Below the pieces are notes generated by a model that did not search any database, was not told the origin of the DNA, and saw nothing but the letters and a program-made list of their open reading frames with translations. A stretch of 64,000 bases of DNA. Source: an uncultured bacterium (GTDB taxonomy: Bacteria; Chloroflexota; Dehalococcoidia; Lucifugimonadales; UBA3495). This document shows, piece after piece, positions 18,095-27,373 of the stretch. The position numbers and the translations under genes are program-made. The number at the start of each line of letters is the position of its first letter. Positions within the stretch are counted from its first letter, which is position 1. The DNA lies in NCBI GenBank assembly GCA_963997925.1, contig CAXEOX010000003.1, positions 3,623 through 67,622 on the forward strand, read 5' to 3'.

Positions 18095-18934
18095 ATGGCA
18101 ACCAGCCAATCAAGCAACTTGGTTAATACGGTGACCGGGGAAGCTTCCCGCTTGGGGGCCTTCCTGTCGGGCTTGGATACGCCGACGTGGGTGAGCGACA
18201 GCACTTGTGAGGGATGGACGATAGAGGACGTGCTGGCCCATCTTGCGGGAAGCGCCAGCGGTTGGGCCGCCACTATTGCCAGGGCGGTTGCCGGTGACGC
18301 CGGCCCTCCGGAGGGAGGGTCTTTCCTGCCGGCCGGGGAGCGCGGCTCTCACCCCACCGGCCAAGCGGCCAGGGAGTCCCGCCAGCAATCGGGGCCCGAG
18401 CTTTTGGAAATGTTTAAAACCAGGCACGCAAGTCTTAGTCAACTTCTGGAGGGCCTGACCGACGAAGATTGGGACAAACCCTGCTTCCACCGGCGCGGCG
18501 CCCTGCCGGTCAGCGGTTATCTAGGCATACAGATCCAAGAACTGGTTCTCCACGGATGGGATATCCGCTGGGGCCTGGATGACGGAGCAGAGTTGTCTGA
18601 CGAGTGTCTACCGGCGATGGTCGATCTGGTGCCCCGCTGGCTTCGCAACGCCTTCGCTCCGGGGCTGGATCTGCCGACGCCGGTGCGGTATCGATTCGAC
18701 GTTTCAAGCCCGGTGGCGGTCCATGAAGACCTGCTGGTTACCGGCGACAGCTACGAGGCAGTGCCGTCCGGATCAGAACCTGCTGACGTCGTCTTTAAAT
18801 GTAGCACCGGAAATTACATCCTGTTGATGTTCGGGCGGTTGAAAGTTGAGTCGGCCATCGCTTCCGGACGGTTGTCCATCCAGGGTTCATCGGAACAGGC
18901 CAAGAACTTCAACGCCTGGTTCAAGGGGTTCTAA
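18095..18934 (+). CDS. DinB/maleylpyruvate-isomerase-N-terminal family protein with SCP2-like C-terminus
   Basis: CEGWTIEDVLAHL motif typical of the MDMPI_N/DinB_2 family. C-terminal GRLSIQGSSEQAKNFNAWF resembles an SCP2 tail. Confidence 0.55.
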   Translation: MATSQSSNLVNTVTGEASRLGAFLSGLDTPTWVSDSTCEGWTIEDVLAHLAGSASGWAATIARAVAGDAGPPEGGSFLPAGERGSHPTGQAARESRQQSGPELLEMFKTRHASLSQLLEGLTDEDWDKPCFHRRGALPVSGYLGIQIQELVLHGWDIRWGLDDGAELSDECLPAMVDLVPRWLRNAFAPGLDLPTPVRYRFDVSSPVAVHEDLLVTGDSYEAVPSGSEPADVVFKCSTGNYILLMFGRLKVESAIASGRLSIQGSSEQAKNFNAWFKGF

Positions 18935-18945
18935 GCTTTTCGCCG

Positions 18946-20289
18946 TCAGTGTCCGGCGTGCAGTGCGTTGGCTATGGAAGTGTCGGTTCGGGAGATGGGC
19001 GGTTGCTGCCGGATGCCTGCCAGGGCGCTTTCCGGTCCCCGGTCGATCCGCTGGCCGCCTAGGAACACCTCGGTGACGTTCCACAGTACGTTGATATCGT
19101 CCGCTGGATTGCCGTCGACGATGATGACATCGGCTTCCTTGCCCGGTTCCAGGGACCCGGTGATTGCATCGATGCCCAGAGATTTAGCCGCATCGCTGGT
19201 GATGGAAACTATGCCTTTCATCGGCGACATCCCCGCTTCAACCAGGCATTCTGTCTCGTACACCGTATTGCCCAACTTGTAGCTACTCCAAGAAGAGTCA
19301 GACCCGGTGATTATCTTCAATCCCATCTCTATCAACCGGACGAGGTGGGTCCAGCGCAACTCCAGTTCCCACAAACTTTCATCCAAAGCGGATTGTTCTT
19401 GGGCGCTCAGTCCTCGGGCTTCTTTTCTTAGTTGCAATGCCCAGACCGTTGCCCTGGCAGTGTGCACGGTCGGGTTTACATAAGCCCCCTGAATGCCGAT
19501 ACGTTCCGCCACGTCTTCCCGAAAATGTGCCTTGCCGTCTGCGTCCTTGAACACGCAGTGGATTATCATGTCTACACCGGCGTCCAATGAATCGATGGTT
19601 CCCTGGGTGGATGCACAATGGGTAGCGGTCAGCTTTCCAAATTTGTGAGCCTCGCCGGTCATCGCCTTCAGCTCGTCTAAAGTGAATGCGGGTAGCAAAG
19701 GATAAGAGGTGCGCGTGCTGCCGCCAGTGGCGCTCATTTTTATGTAGTCGGCGCCCTCTTTAATCAACTGGCGAACCGTGGCAGTGGCTTCCAAGGGCCC
19801 GGTCACCTCGGCTCCGAAATAACCCATATGCCCGCCGACGATGGCGATTGGCCGGCCGCACAGCACCATGCGGGGGGCCTGGATGATGCCGAGGTTTACC
19901 GCCTCCCGCAGCCGAAACATGGTCATGTTTTTCGCACCGTTGTCCCGGAAGGAAGTTACGCCGGAGAACAGGCTGTCCCGAGCGTTGCGAGCCGCTTGCA
20001 GCGTAATAACTTCGTCGGGCAGCGCCGCCACGTCCTCGCCGGGGCGTCCGTCGCCAAAGCCATTGTGATGGGTGTGGCAGTCGATCAATCCTGGCATGAC
20101 CGTCTTGCCGGGGTAGTCGTAGGTCTCCACCGTAGCGCCCTCGGGAGGAAGGACATCCTTGGCCGGACCCGCAGCGATAATCTTCGAACCCTGGACGAGA
20201 ACCGCCCCTTCCTCGATTGGCTGCCCCCCTTTGCCATCGATCAACCGTCCCGCCGTGATTAGCTTGAATGCCTGGGTCGGGTCTTCCAT
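18946..20289 (-). CDS. amidohydrolase-family protein (imidazolonepropionase/Xaa-Pro-dipeptidase-like)
   Basis: GLIDCHTHH metal motif. ATG 20289 (MEDPTQAFKLITAGRLIDG) is preceded by GAGGAG and preferred over the ORF-track start at 20334. Confidence 0.8.
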   Translation of the reverse strand: MEDPTQAFKLITAGRLIDGKGGQPIEEGAVLVQGSKIIAAGPAKDVLPPEGATVETYDYPGKTVMPGLIDCHTHHNGFGDGRPGEDVAALPDEVITLQAARNARDSLFSGVTSFRDNGAKNMTMFRLREAVNLGIIQAPRMVLCGRPIAIVGGHMGYFGAEVTGPLEATATVRQLIKEGADYIKMSATGGSTRTSYPLLPAFTLDELKAMTGEAHKFGKLTATHCASTQGTIDSLDAGVDMIIHCVFKDADGKAHFREDVAERIGIQGAYVNPTVHTARATVWALQLRKEARGLSAQEQSALDESLWELELRWTHLVRLIEMGLKIITGSDSSWSSYKLGNTVYETECLVEAGMSPMKGIVSITSDAAKSLGIDAITGSLEPGKEADVIIVDGNPADDINVLWNVTEVFLGGQRIDRGPESALAGIRQQPPISRTDTSIANALHAGH

Positions 20290-20561
20290 GGATATCTCCT
20301 CTGTTGAATGATTGGCGCGTCGACAGTCTACCAAACTAGGGGACTGGGCCGGGAGCCGGTGGTAGAATAGGCTACCCTTAGCATGGGAGAACCGCCACGG
20401 AGACTTTAAGGCTACCCCAGTTCAACTGGCTGAACCCCACCAAAGTTATTTTTGGCTCCGGCCGGCTCGCCGAGCTGCCGACAGCTATAGAGCAGACTGC
20501 AGGCGCCGACTCCAGAGTTTTCCTGGTCACCGGACGTAGTAACCTGCGAGAGTCCGGCGTC

Positions 20562-21539
20562 TTGCGGCAGGTTCTGGAGGACATCGGCCCCATGCGGGTA
20601 ACGTTGTTCGACCAGGTCACCCCCTTCCCTGGACCTCAGTTAGTCGAGGACGCGGTAGCGGCATGCCGGGAATCTTCCTCCCAGGTAGTCGTGGCTATCG
20701 GGGGCGGAAGCGCGATCGACGTGGGCAAGATTGTGAGCGTTCTCGTGGCCCACAAGGGGACTTGCCAGGAGTATCTGTCCGGAGAAAGAAAGATTTCCCA
20801 TCACGGTCTCCCGTTCATCGCAGCTCCCACCACTTCCGGAAGTAGCAGCGAGGTCACTTCAGGAGCGGCGGTATGGGACTGGGAAGCCAAGCGATCTATC
20901 AACTTGATTCACCCGGGTATGTTCCCAGACGTAGCGATTGTCGACCCTGACCTGGCCATGAGCATGCCGAAAGAGCTAGCCGCCATGACGGGGATGGACG
21001 CCTTTACCAGTGCCTTCGAGTCATACTGGTCCATAGAGGCGGAGCCCGTGTCCGACGCCTTGGATCTTCAGGTCATCCGGTTGCTGTCCACCCACCTGGA
21101 GAGCTCGTGTAACAAGGGAGATTCGGAGTCGCGGTCGTGGTGTTCCCTGGCCTCAACCATGTCAGGAGTGGCCTACAGCAACAGCCACCCGAACGTTTGC
21201 CATGCGATAGGCAGTCCCTTAACGCTCTATTGGGAAGTAGCCCACGGACAGGCGGTGGGAATCACCTTGCCCACCATGCTGAGGTGGACGGCGCCGGCAA
21301 TCTCTTCCAAGCTCCCCGCCTTGTGGGACGCGTTGGGAGTAAATGGGTTGGAAGAAGCCACCGGGCGCATCGCGCAAATCATGGAGAACTGTGGGCTAAA
21401 GACAGGTCTCTCTTCGCTAGGCATCACAACCGGCGGTTTGGATACGTTGGTGGAGCACACCCGTTGGGACCGGGTGGCTGCGCTGCCGACTCCGCTGGTA
21501 CACGACGACCTTAGAGGATTGCTTCAGGATCTGATATAG
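20562..21539 (+). CDS. iron-containing (group III) alcohol dehydrogenase family protein, N-terminus unresolved
   Basis: GGGSAIDVGK, GMDAFTSAFES, CHAIG and VAHGQA motifs. The conserved N-terminal 60 aa (FNWLNPTKVIFGSGRLAEL..VFLVTG) lie in the same open frame upstream (20382-20561) but without any ATG/GTG/TTG. Confidence 0.75.
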   Translation: MRQVLEDIGPMRVTLFDQVTPFPGPQLVEDAVAACRESSSQVVVAIGGGSAIDVGKIVSVLVAHKGTCQEYLSGERKISHHGLPFIAAPTTSGSSSEVTSGAAVWDWEAKRSINLIHPGMFPDVAIVDPDLAMSMPKELAAMTGMDAFTSAFESYWSIEAEPVSDALDLQVIRLLSTHLESSCNKGDSESRSWCSLASTMSGVAYSNSHPNVCHAIGSPLTLYWEVAHGQAVGITLPTMLRWTAPAISSKLPALWDALGVNGLEEATGRIAQIMENCGLKTGLSSLGITTGGLDTLVEHTRWDRVAALPTPLVHDDLRGLLQDLI

Positions 21540-21582
21540 AACGGTGACTATATGCGGAAAGAGGCCGAGAAGAGAGGCATGA

Positions 21583-22206
21583 ATGTCATTGCACGATATC
21601 TCTCTAAAGCTTGCTGGTGACACCGTACGGTGGGTGACCGCGCCGCCCTTCGAACTGGAAGAGCGCCGCCGCATGAGCAAGGGAGACCCCAACAACAGTT
21701 CGGCGTTGAACATGAGTGTGCACTCGGGCACCCACATCGATGCTCCCTTCCACTTCGTCGCCGAAGGACTTACCATCGACGAGTTACCCCTGGACCGTTT
21801 CATAGGACCGGCGCTGGTTTTTGAAGTCGACGCCGAGAGGTACATCACTAAAGAGCATGTCGAGAGTATAAAGTTGGATGGCGCCACCCGAGTGCTGTTC
21901 AAAACCCGCAATTCCGAGTTGCTGCACCAACGGGAATACGAACCTGACTTCGCCGCATTTTCGGTTGAGGCCGCCCAGTCTCTGGTGGAACAGGGAGTTG
22001 AGCTGGTGGGATTGGACTATCTCTCTATCGCCCATGCCGATGAGCAAGTACCGGTGCACCGGGCTTTCTTGGAGCACGGAGTCGTACTGCTTGAAGGGAT
22101 AGACCTGTCGCATGTTGCGCCGGGGCGATACGAGCTTATGTGCCTGCCCATCCCGATAGGCGATAGCGACGGCGCGCCTTGCCGAGCGGTTCTCCGAGAC
22201 CTTTAA
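21583..22206 (+). CDS. cyclase-family protein (kynurenine formamidase-like)
   Basis: HSGTHIDAPFHF signature (HxGTHxDxPxH). Confidence 0.8.
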   Translation: MSLHDISLKLAGDTVRWVTAPPFELEERRRMSKGDPNNSSALNMSVHSGTHIDAPFHFVAEGLTIDELPLDRFIGPALVFEVDAERYITKEHVESIKLDGATRVLFKTRNSELLHQREYEPDFAAFSVEAAQSLVEQGVELVGLDYLSIAHADEQVPVHRAFLEHGVVLLEGIDLSHVAPGRYELMCLPIPIGDSDGAPCRAVLRDL

Positions 22207-22317
22207 ACCTAAGGAGCTTTCCCGAAACCAGGCTTGTATAAGTAATAACCCTCCAGATTCGCAACTGCTCCAATACGGGCACGTTACATAATGCATGGAG
22301 GTTGAGATAAAACCATC

Positions 22318-24249
22318 ATGAGCACGAATGAAATCGGACCAAGAGAAAAGCGGTCCCGGCTGGGTCTTACCCGGCGCATCGCAGCTTCTTTTCGCCCCTA
22401 CTCGCCCCAGATAATCGTTGTCGGGCTGTTGATTCTTTTCACCGCCGGCCTCGGCGTGGTTAACCCGCTGTTAATCCGGGTCATATTCGACTCGGCGCTG
22501 TTCCCAGAGAACGGCGTCCCTGACCTTGATCTGTTATGGATCATCAGCGGAGTCATGGCCGGAATAATCGTGGTCACCGGTGGCATCGGCATCGCGCAGA
22601 CCTACCTGACCAACCAGGTTGGGCAAAAAGTGATGCGAGACCTGCGGGACCGGTTGTACCGCCACCTTCAAAGCCTTTCCATGGGCTTCTTTACCGGCAC
22701 CCGAACGGGGGAGATTCAGTCCCGGGTAACCAACGACGTCGGTGGCGTCCAAACCGTGGTAACCAGCACCATCACCGACATCCTGTCCAACATCGTGATT
22801 CTCATCAGCACGGTAGTCGCGATGTCAATTCTTTCCTGGCAACTAACGCTGGTGGCTGTTGGCATCGTGCCGCTGTTCGCGGTGCTGACGAATATGATTG
22901 GCGCAAAGCGCCGCGCGATGTCCGCCGAGGTACAGAAAGCGGAAGCGGAAATGACCGCCATCACCCAGGAAACCCTATCTATCTCAGGTATCATGCTATC
23001 CAAGCTATTTGGCCGGCAGAGCCTGGAGATCGAGCGGTTCCAAGGGGAGAACCAGCATCTGTCCGATTTGGTATTGCGCCGCCAGATGACCGGGCAGTCC
23101 TTCTGGGCGGTTATGCAGACCTTTTTCTCGGTATCACCGGTGATTATCTACGTGCTGGCGGGCTACTTGATATCGGGAATCGGACGCGACGGTATCTCTC
23201 CCGGCACGATTATCGCCTTCACTACCTTGCAGGCCCGTCTATATTTTCCCATCGGAACGTTGCTTCAGGTATCGGTGGAGCTACAGTCATCCATGGCACT
23301 GTTCGAACGCATATTTGAATACCTGGATATCAAACCCGATATAACCGACGACCCCGATGCGGTGGACATTCCGCCGGAACGGGTGGCAGGGGCCATCGCA
23401 TTTGATTCGGTGCGAGTGAACTATGTCTCGGGCGATGAGGAGTCCCAGGCAAGTATTCAGACGAATGAGCCGAAGCCGCGATGGGCTTTGGATGGGGTCG
23501 ATTTTGCGATTCTACCAGGCCAACTTGCCGCCTTCGTGGGGCCCAGTGGAGCAGGCAAAACTACTATTTCATACCTGATTCCTCGCTTGTATGACGCCAA
23601 CGAAGGGCGGGTACTGATTGATGGGATAGACGTGCGGAAGATTAAGTTGGAGTCTCTAGCCCGGATGATTGGCTACGTTTCTCAAGAGAACTACTTGTTC
23701 CACGCCAGTATCCGAAGCAACCTCCTTTACAGCAGACCGGATGCTACCCAAGAGGAGATGGAGGAGGCGGCAAGGGCTGCTTACATCCACGAGCGAATCT
23801 TGGAGTTTTCGGAGGGTTACGACACCATAGTTGGCGAGCGCGGCTACCGGATGTCGGGTGGCGAGAGGCAAAGATTGTCCATCGCCAGAGTGATTCTGCA
23901 CCAACCCAAGCTGCTGATTCTCGACGAAGCTACATCGGCCCTTGACACCGCCAGCGAGCGGTACGTCCAAACCGCCCTGGAACCGTTGATGAAGGGGCGG
24001 ACCACGGTGGCCATCGCCCACCGGCTTTCGACCATCATGGCCGCCGACGTGATATTTGCTCTAGACCATGGCCGCATCTTAGAACAGGGGACCCACTCCC
24101 AGTTGCTGTCACGAGGAGGCCTATACGCCCAACTCTACGAGGAGCAATTCCAGGGCGGAAAAATCGAGTGTCAATTCGACGATGGAGTAGTGTACAGCGA
24201 CGGCACAATCGCCTTCGCCGAGGATGGAAGCCTCACGACCTCCCGCTGA
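22318..24249 (+). CDS. ABC exporter, fused permease/ATPase (MsbA-like type I)
   Basis: Six-TM N-terminal half, Walker A GPSGAGKTT, signature MSGGERQRLSIAR, Walker B LLILDEATSALD. Confidence 0.9.
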   Translation: MSTNEIGPREKRSRLGLTRRIAASFRPYSPQIIVVGLLILFTAGLGVVNPLLIRVIFDSALFPENGVPDLDLLWIISGVMAGIIVVTGGIGIAQTYLTNQVGQKVMRDLRDRLYRHLQSLSMGFFTGTRTGEIQSRVTNDVGGVQTVVTSTITDILSNIVILISTVVAMSILSWQLTLVAVGIVPLFAVLTNMIGAKRRAMSAEVQKAEAEMTAITQETLSISGIMLSKLFGRQSLEIERFQGENQHLSDLVLRRQMTGQSFWAVMQTFFSVSPVIIYVLAGYLISGIGRDGISPGTIIAFTTLQARLYFPIGTLLQVSVELQSSMALFERIFEYLDIKPDITDDPDAVDIPPERVAGAIAFDSVRVNYVSGDEESQASIQTNEPKPRWALDGVDFAILPGQLAAFVGPSGAGKTTISYLIPRLYDANEGRVLIDGIDVRKIKLESLARMIGYVSQENYLFHASIRSNLLYSRPDATQEEMEEAARAAYIHERILEFSEGYDTIVGERGYRMSGGERQRLSIARVILHQPKLLILDEATSALDTASERYVQTALEPLMKGRTTVAIAHRLSTIMAADVIFALDHGRILEQGTHSQLLSRGGLYAQLYEEQFQGGKIECQFDDGVVYSDGTIAFAEDGSLTTSR

Positions 24250-24409
24250 ACGGCGGCTTCAGCCTAAAATGTCTCTACGATATCCCGATGGCGCTCTGGG
24301 CTGCGGGAGCGATTCCCGGTCTTTCCCAATTTTTAGCGAACAGCAACCCAGGTCTCAAACGGGACATCGTATCTGTCAGTCCACAGAGCCCGTCCGTTGG
24401 CGTACAAGT

Positions 24410-24628
24410 CTACAGAGGATATCCGGGCGCACACTGAGCTTCTGGTCTCCACTTGGAACGTATAAACCTGTCCCGCTGAGCATAACGGCGGCCGTAGAAC
24501 TCCCTGTTGTCACGAGCATGCTGCATGGCTCTGAGACTAGCTTGCTCCTGGGAGATGTACCATACGACCTCCCATTCAGGGGTGAAATCGAACTTTTTCT
24601 CTTGTATTATGCCGTCGTCTTCAGCCAT
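24410..24628 (-). CDS. hypothetical small protein (72 aa)
   Basis: Starts 10 nt after the NHL gene stop. No obvious SD and no recognisable domain. The coding call rests only on ORF length and position. Confidence 0.3.
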   Translation of the reverse strand: MAEDDGIIQEKKFDFTPEWEVVWYISQEQASLRAMQHARDNREFYGRRYAQRDRFIRSKWRPEAQCAPGYPL

Positions 24629-24638
24629 AACGATGCAA

Positions 24639-25481
24639 TTATAAACCCCGTATTTTGGCGAACTTCTGCACTCGCTGATTTGCTGTGTCCACTGCGTATA
24701 TGTATCCCCGGGAGTCGGTATAGACGTTGTGGCCGTTCTCGAAAGTTCGTCCCCTCGCTAACAGTTCCCCGTCCAAGGTCAGGATGCTAAGGCGGGGAAC
24801 TTGATCGGTCACATAAACTATCTGGTTGCTGTCGATGTGGATGCCCATGGGGGATTTGAAGTCGGTCCACTGATCCAAGAACCTGCCGTCGGCGCTGAAC
24901 ACTTGTACCCGGTTATTCTCCCGGTCGGCAACGTATACTCGCCCGTCTTTCGCCACCCTAATGCTATGCGGTACCCGGAACTGGCCCGGCCCACTGCCAG
25001 GAGAGCCGAAGGTGTCTATGGGTTCCCCATCGGCGGTGAACCGGTGGATGCAGAAATTACCATATCCGTCCGAGACATAAATCTCTCCCGAAGGAGCAAC
25101 CGCTGTATCGGACGGATGGTTGAACGGGGCCTCCATCGCCGCTTTGTACCTTGTTCCTAGAGACATGAGCAACTCGCCTTCGGTGTTGCACTTCAGTATC
25201 TGGTGAGCGTCCCGGTCGGCTAAGTAGACCCCGTCATCGGGTCCGATGTAGATATGATGTGCGTCCTCAAAGCGGCCTTCTTGCCGGGGCCAGGCCGCCA
25301 GGAATTTCCCGTCCTGATCGAACACCTGAACCGGCGGTCCGGTCCTTTGAAAGACGTACACCCGGTCATTGGAATCTACAGCGACGGCACTGGGCCTCTG
25401 GAAAGTTGTTCCTTCCGGCAACTGGGCCCAATCCGCCTGATACTCGTAGGCGAAGTCCCCCATCCCGATGGTTATGGCCAT
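24639..25481 (-). CDS. NHL-repeat beta-propeller, PAL-like (paralog of 3717..4595)
   Basis: FAYEYQADWAQLP..DRVYVFQRTGPPVQVFD parallels the other copy residue for residue. NHL blades run throughout. Confidence 0.7.
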   Translation of the reverse strand: MAITIGMGDFAYEYQADWAQLPEGTTFQRPSAVAVDSNDRVYVFQRTGPPVQVFDQDGKFLAAWPRQEGRFEDAHHIYIGPDDGVYLADRDAHQILKCNTEGELLMSLGTRYKAAMEAPFNHPSDTAVAPSGEIYVSDGYGNFCIHRFTADGEPIDTFGSPGSGPGQFRVPHSIRVAKDGRVYVADRENNRVQVFSADGRFLDQWTDFKSPMGIHIDSNQIVYVTDQVPRLSILTLDGELLARGRTFENGHNVYTDSRGYIYAVDTANQRVQKFAKIRGL

Positions 25482-25537
25482 GGTTATCTCCTCCCGGTTC
25501 AGGCAGATTAGTAACGTCGGGCGTTACACAATAGCGG

Positions 25538-26596
25538 CTAACTTCCCTGGTTCGTGATTAGCACATCCATGGGTCTCTTACCTGCAGCGTAAGTTTCCAG
25601 GGCAGTGAGTTCTCCCGTATCGCCGTTGATCTGGTAAGAGGCTAGACGTCCAGTTTCTGATCCTGCGGCGAAGAGGAATCTGCCTTCGGTGTCAAGACTG
25701 AAGGCGCTGGGTACAGATTCGGTGGGCACTCTGCCGGCGGCGGTCAACCGCCCTGAAGTTGCATCAACGGAAAAACCGGCGACGCTGTTGTGGCCCCGGT
25801 TCGGGGCGTATAAGAACTTCCCTGACGGAGTGATTTGGATCTGGGAGCAGGTATTTCTTCCTTCAAATCCCTCAGGCAGAGTGGTTGTAGTTTGGAAGGG
25901 CGACAGGGTTCCCGTTGAAGTGTCCAGGTTATAGGCGGTGACGCTGCATCCCTGCTCATCGGTAAAGTAGACGACATCCAAACTTGGATGAAAGGTGAAA
26001 TGCCGGGGACCGAGGAATTCTCCTTGTTCCAATTTCAGGGGCGAGTTGGGGGTAAGGTGTCCAGTGTTTTCATCGAACTTGAACTGAAAGATAGCGTTGG
26101 GCCCTAGGATGTCCCCGGGGGGATTCATGACGCTGTCGTTCAGGCGGGCGATGTGAGGCACGAAGACGAACTTGTTGGACCGGTCGGTCTGGATACAGTG
26201 AGCGGCGGGAGCAGTCTCCAGCCATTCGATGGGCCGGTCACCCAACCCGCCGTCGTCTTTGATTTGATGTACCGCTACGTGAGCGCCCTGATAGTAGGCC
26301 GATAGTAGGAACCGCCCGTTGCGGTCGGTGGACAGGAATGTGGGGGAATCGGGCACCGGTATCCTGCCGATCAGGGTAAGCCCTCCGGTGTTCGGATCTA
26401 TCTGAAAGCTGGATATCTCCTTGCCGTTGCGATGGCCTACGTAAAAAACCTTTCGGTCCGGGCTGATTGTCGAGGCCGAAGGCCCGCCGAGGGCTGGAAC
26501 TTCATCTTGGTGGGTCAATTTTCCTGTCGTGGCATCCATGCCGAAGATTGATAGCTTGTCGTCGTCTTGCAGGGAAACGTACATGAAACTAGCCAT
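25538..26596 (-). CDS. lactonase-family seven-bladed beta-propeller protein (6-phosphogluconolactonase-like)
   Basis: N-terminus MYVSLQDDDKLSIFGMDATTGKLT and repeated ..D..G(R/K)FL(Y/F).. blades, typical of this family. Confidence 0.7.
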   Translation of the reverse strand: MASFMYVSLQDDDKLSIFGMDATTGKLTHQDEVPALGGPSASTISPDRKVFYVGHRNGKEISSFQIDPNTGGLTLIGRIPVPDSPTFLSTDRNGRFLLSAYYQGAHVAVHQIKDDGGLGDRPIEWLETAPAAHCIQTDRSNKFVFVPHIARLNDSVMNPPGDILGPNAIFQFKFDENTGHLTPNSPLKLEQGEFLGPRHFTFHPSLDVVYFTDEQGCSVTAYNLDTSTGTLSPFQTTTTLPEGFEGRNTCSQIQITPSGKFLYAPNRGHNSVAGFSVDATSGRLTAAGRVPTESVPSAFSLDTEGRFLFAAGSETGRLASYQINGDTGELTALETYAAGKRPMDVLITNQGS

Positions 26597-26890
26597 TTTG
26601 AGACCTCCCTTTCATTCGGTGGCGATTACGGTCAGTTGCTATTGGCGGCTTCTGTGTTCCGTTGAGCTTGGATCGCACTAAATTAGAAGCCTGCAAATTG
26701 TATCAAGACAACGCCCCGGCTTCACCTCCCATCCGGCATGAGTGGGATATTGGACTTCCACGATTGGGCGGAAGTATGATGCACTCAGTCGTAATCGTCG
26801 AGCTTCAAGTTGAAGCCTCTCTAAAGCCGGTCTTCCGAATAATCGTCGACAGCCGGCCTTGAAACCTAGAATCGCAAATAAGAGGTAACC

Positions 26891-27325
26891 ATGAGCGAAT
26901 ATATACCTAGCACAAGAGAATGGGTGCGAGACCAGGTCGAACTATATGAAGGAAGCGGTGGCACCGAAGGCCTAACCTTGAGGGAAACGGGCCTGCCGGT
27001 GATAATCGTGACCAACAAAGGACGGAGAACCGGAGGCATCCGTAAGACCCCGCTGATGAAGGTCGTGGATGGCAAAAGCTATATCCTGGTGGGATCCCAA
27101 GGCGGAGCGCCCAAACATCCACGTTGGTATCACAACCTTAAAGCCGATCCCAACGTTGAGATCCGCGACGAGACCGAAGTCTACTCGATGCACGCGCGCG
27201 AGATCGTAGACCCGGCCGAGAGGCAGCGGCTCTGGGATATCGCCGTAAAAGCATTTCCTCCCTACCAGGAGTACCAAGGCAAGACCGACCGGGTCATCCC
27301 GGTTTTCTTGGCGGAACCCTTCTAA
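26891..27325 (+). CDS. deazaflavin (F420H2)-dependent nitroreductase-family oxidoreductase (Ddn/DUF385-like)
   Basis: RKTPLMKVVDGKSYILVGSQGGAPKHPRWYHNLKADPNVEI matches the family core. Confidence 0.85.
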   Translation: MSEYIPSTREWVRDQVELYEGSGGTEGLTLRETGLPVIIVTNKGRRTGGIRKTPLMKVVDGKSYILVGSQGGAPKHPRWYHNLKADPNVEIRDETEVYSMHAREIVDPAERQRLWDIAVKAFPPYQEYQGKTDRVIPVFLAEPF

Positions 27326-27373
27326 CAATTGGGTCGCCGTCACCGGATGAATCTAACCGGGCAGGCAACCAAT

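Noticed and set aside
20383-20410. Programmed ribosomal frameshift joining ATG 20383 to the Fe-ADH frame
   Set aside because: There is no X_XXY_YYZ slippery heptamer or downstream stimulatory structure at the required position. A 1-nt indel (real or artefactual) is the simpler explanation.
24275-24412. TAG stop of the 72-aa ORF is followed by ~45 more open codons in the same frame (possible read-through or recoding)
   Set aside because: There are no pyrrolysine machinery genes or recoding signals, and the extension has no recognisable similarity. The upstream ORF itself is weakly supported.
26662-26862. 66-aa TTG-initiated ORF in the divergent lactonase/Ddn spacer
   Set aside because: It has no SD and no recognisable motif. 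It lies in what is most simply a divergent promoter region.
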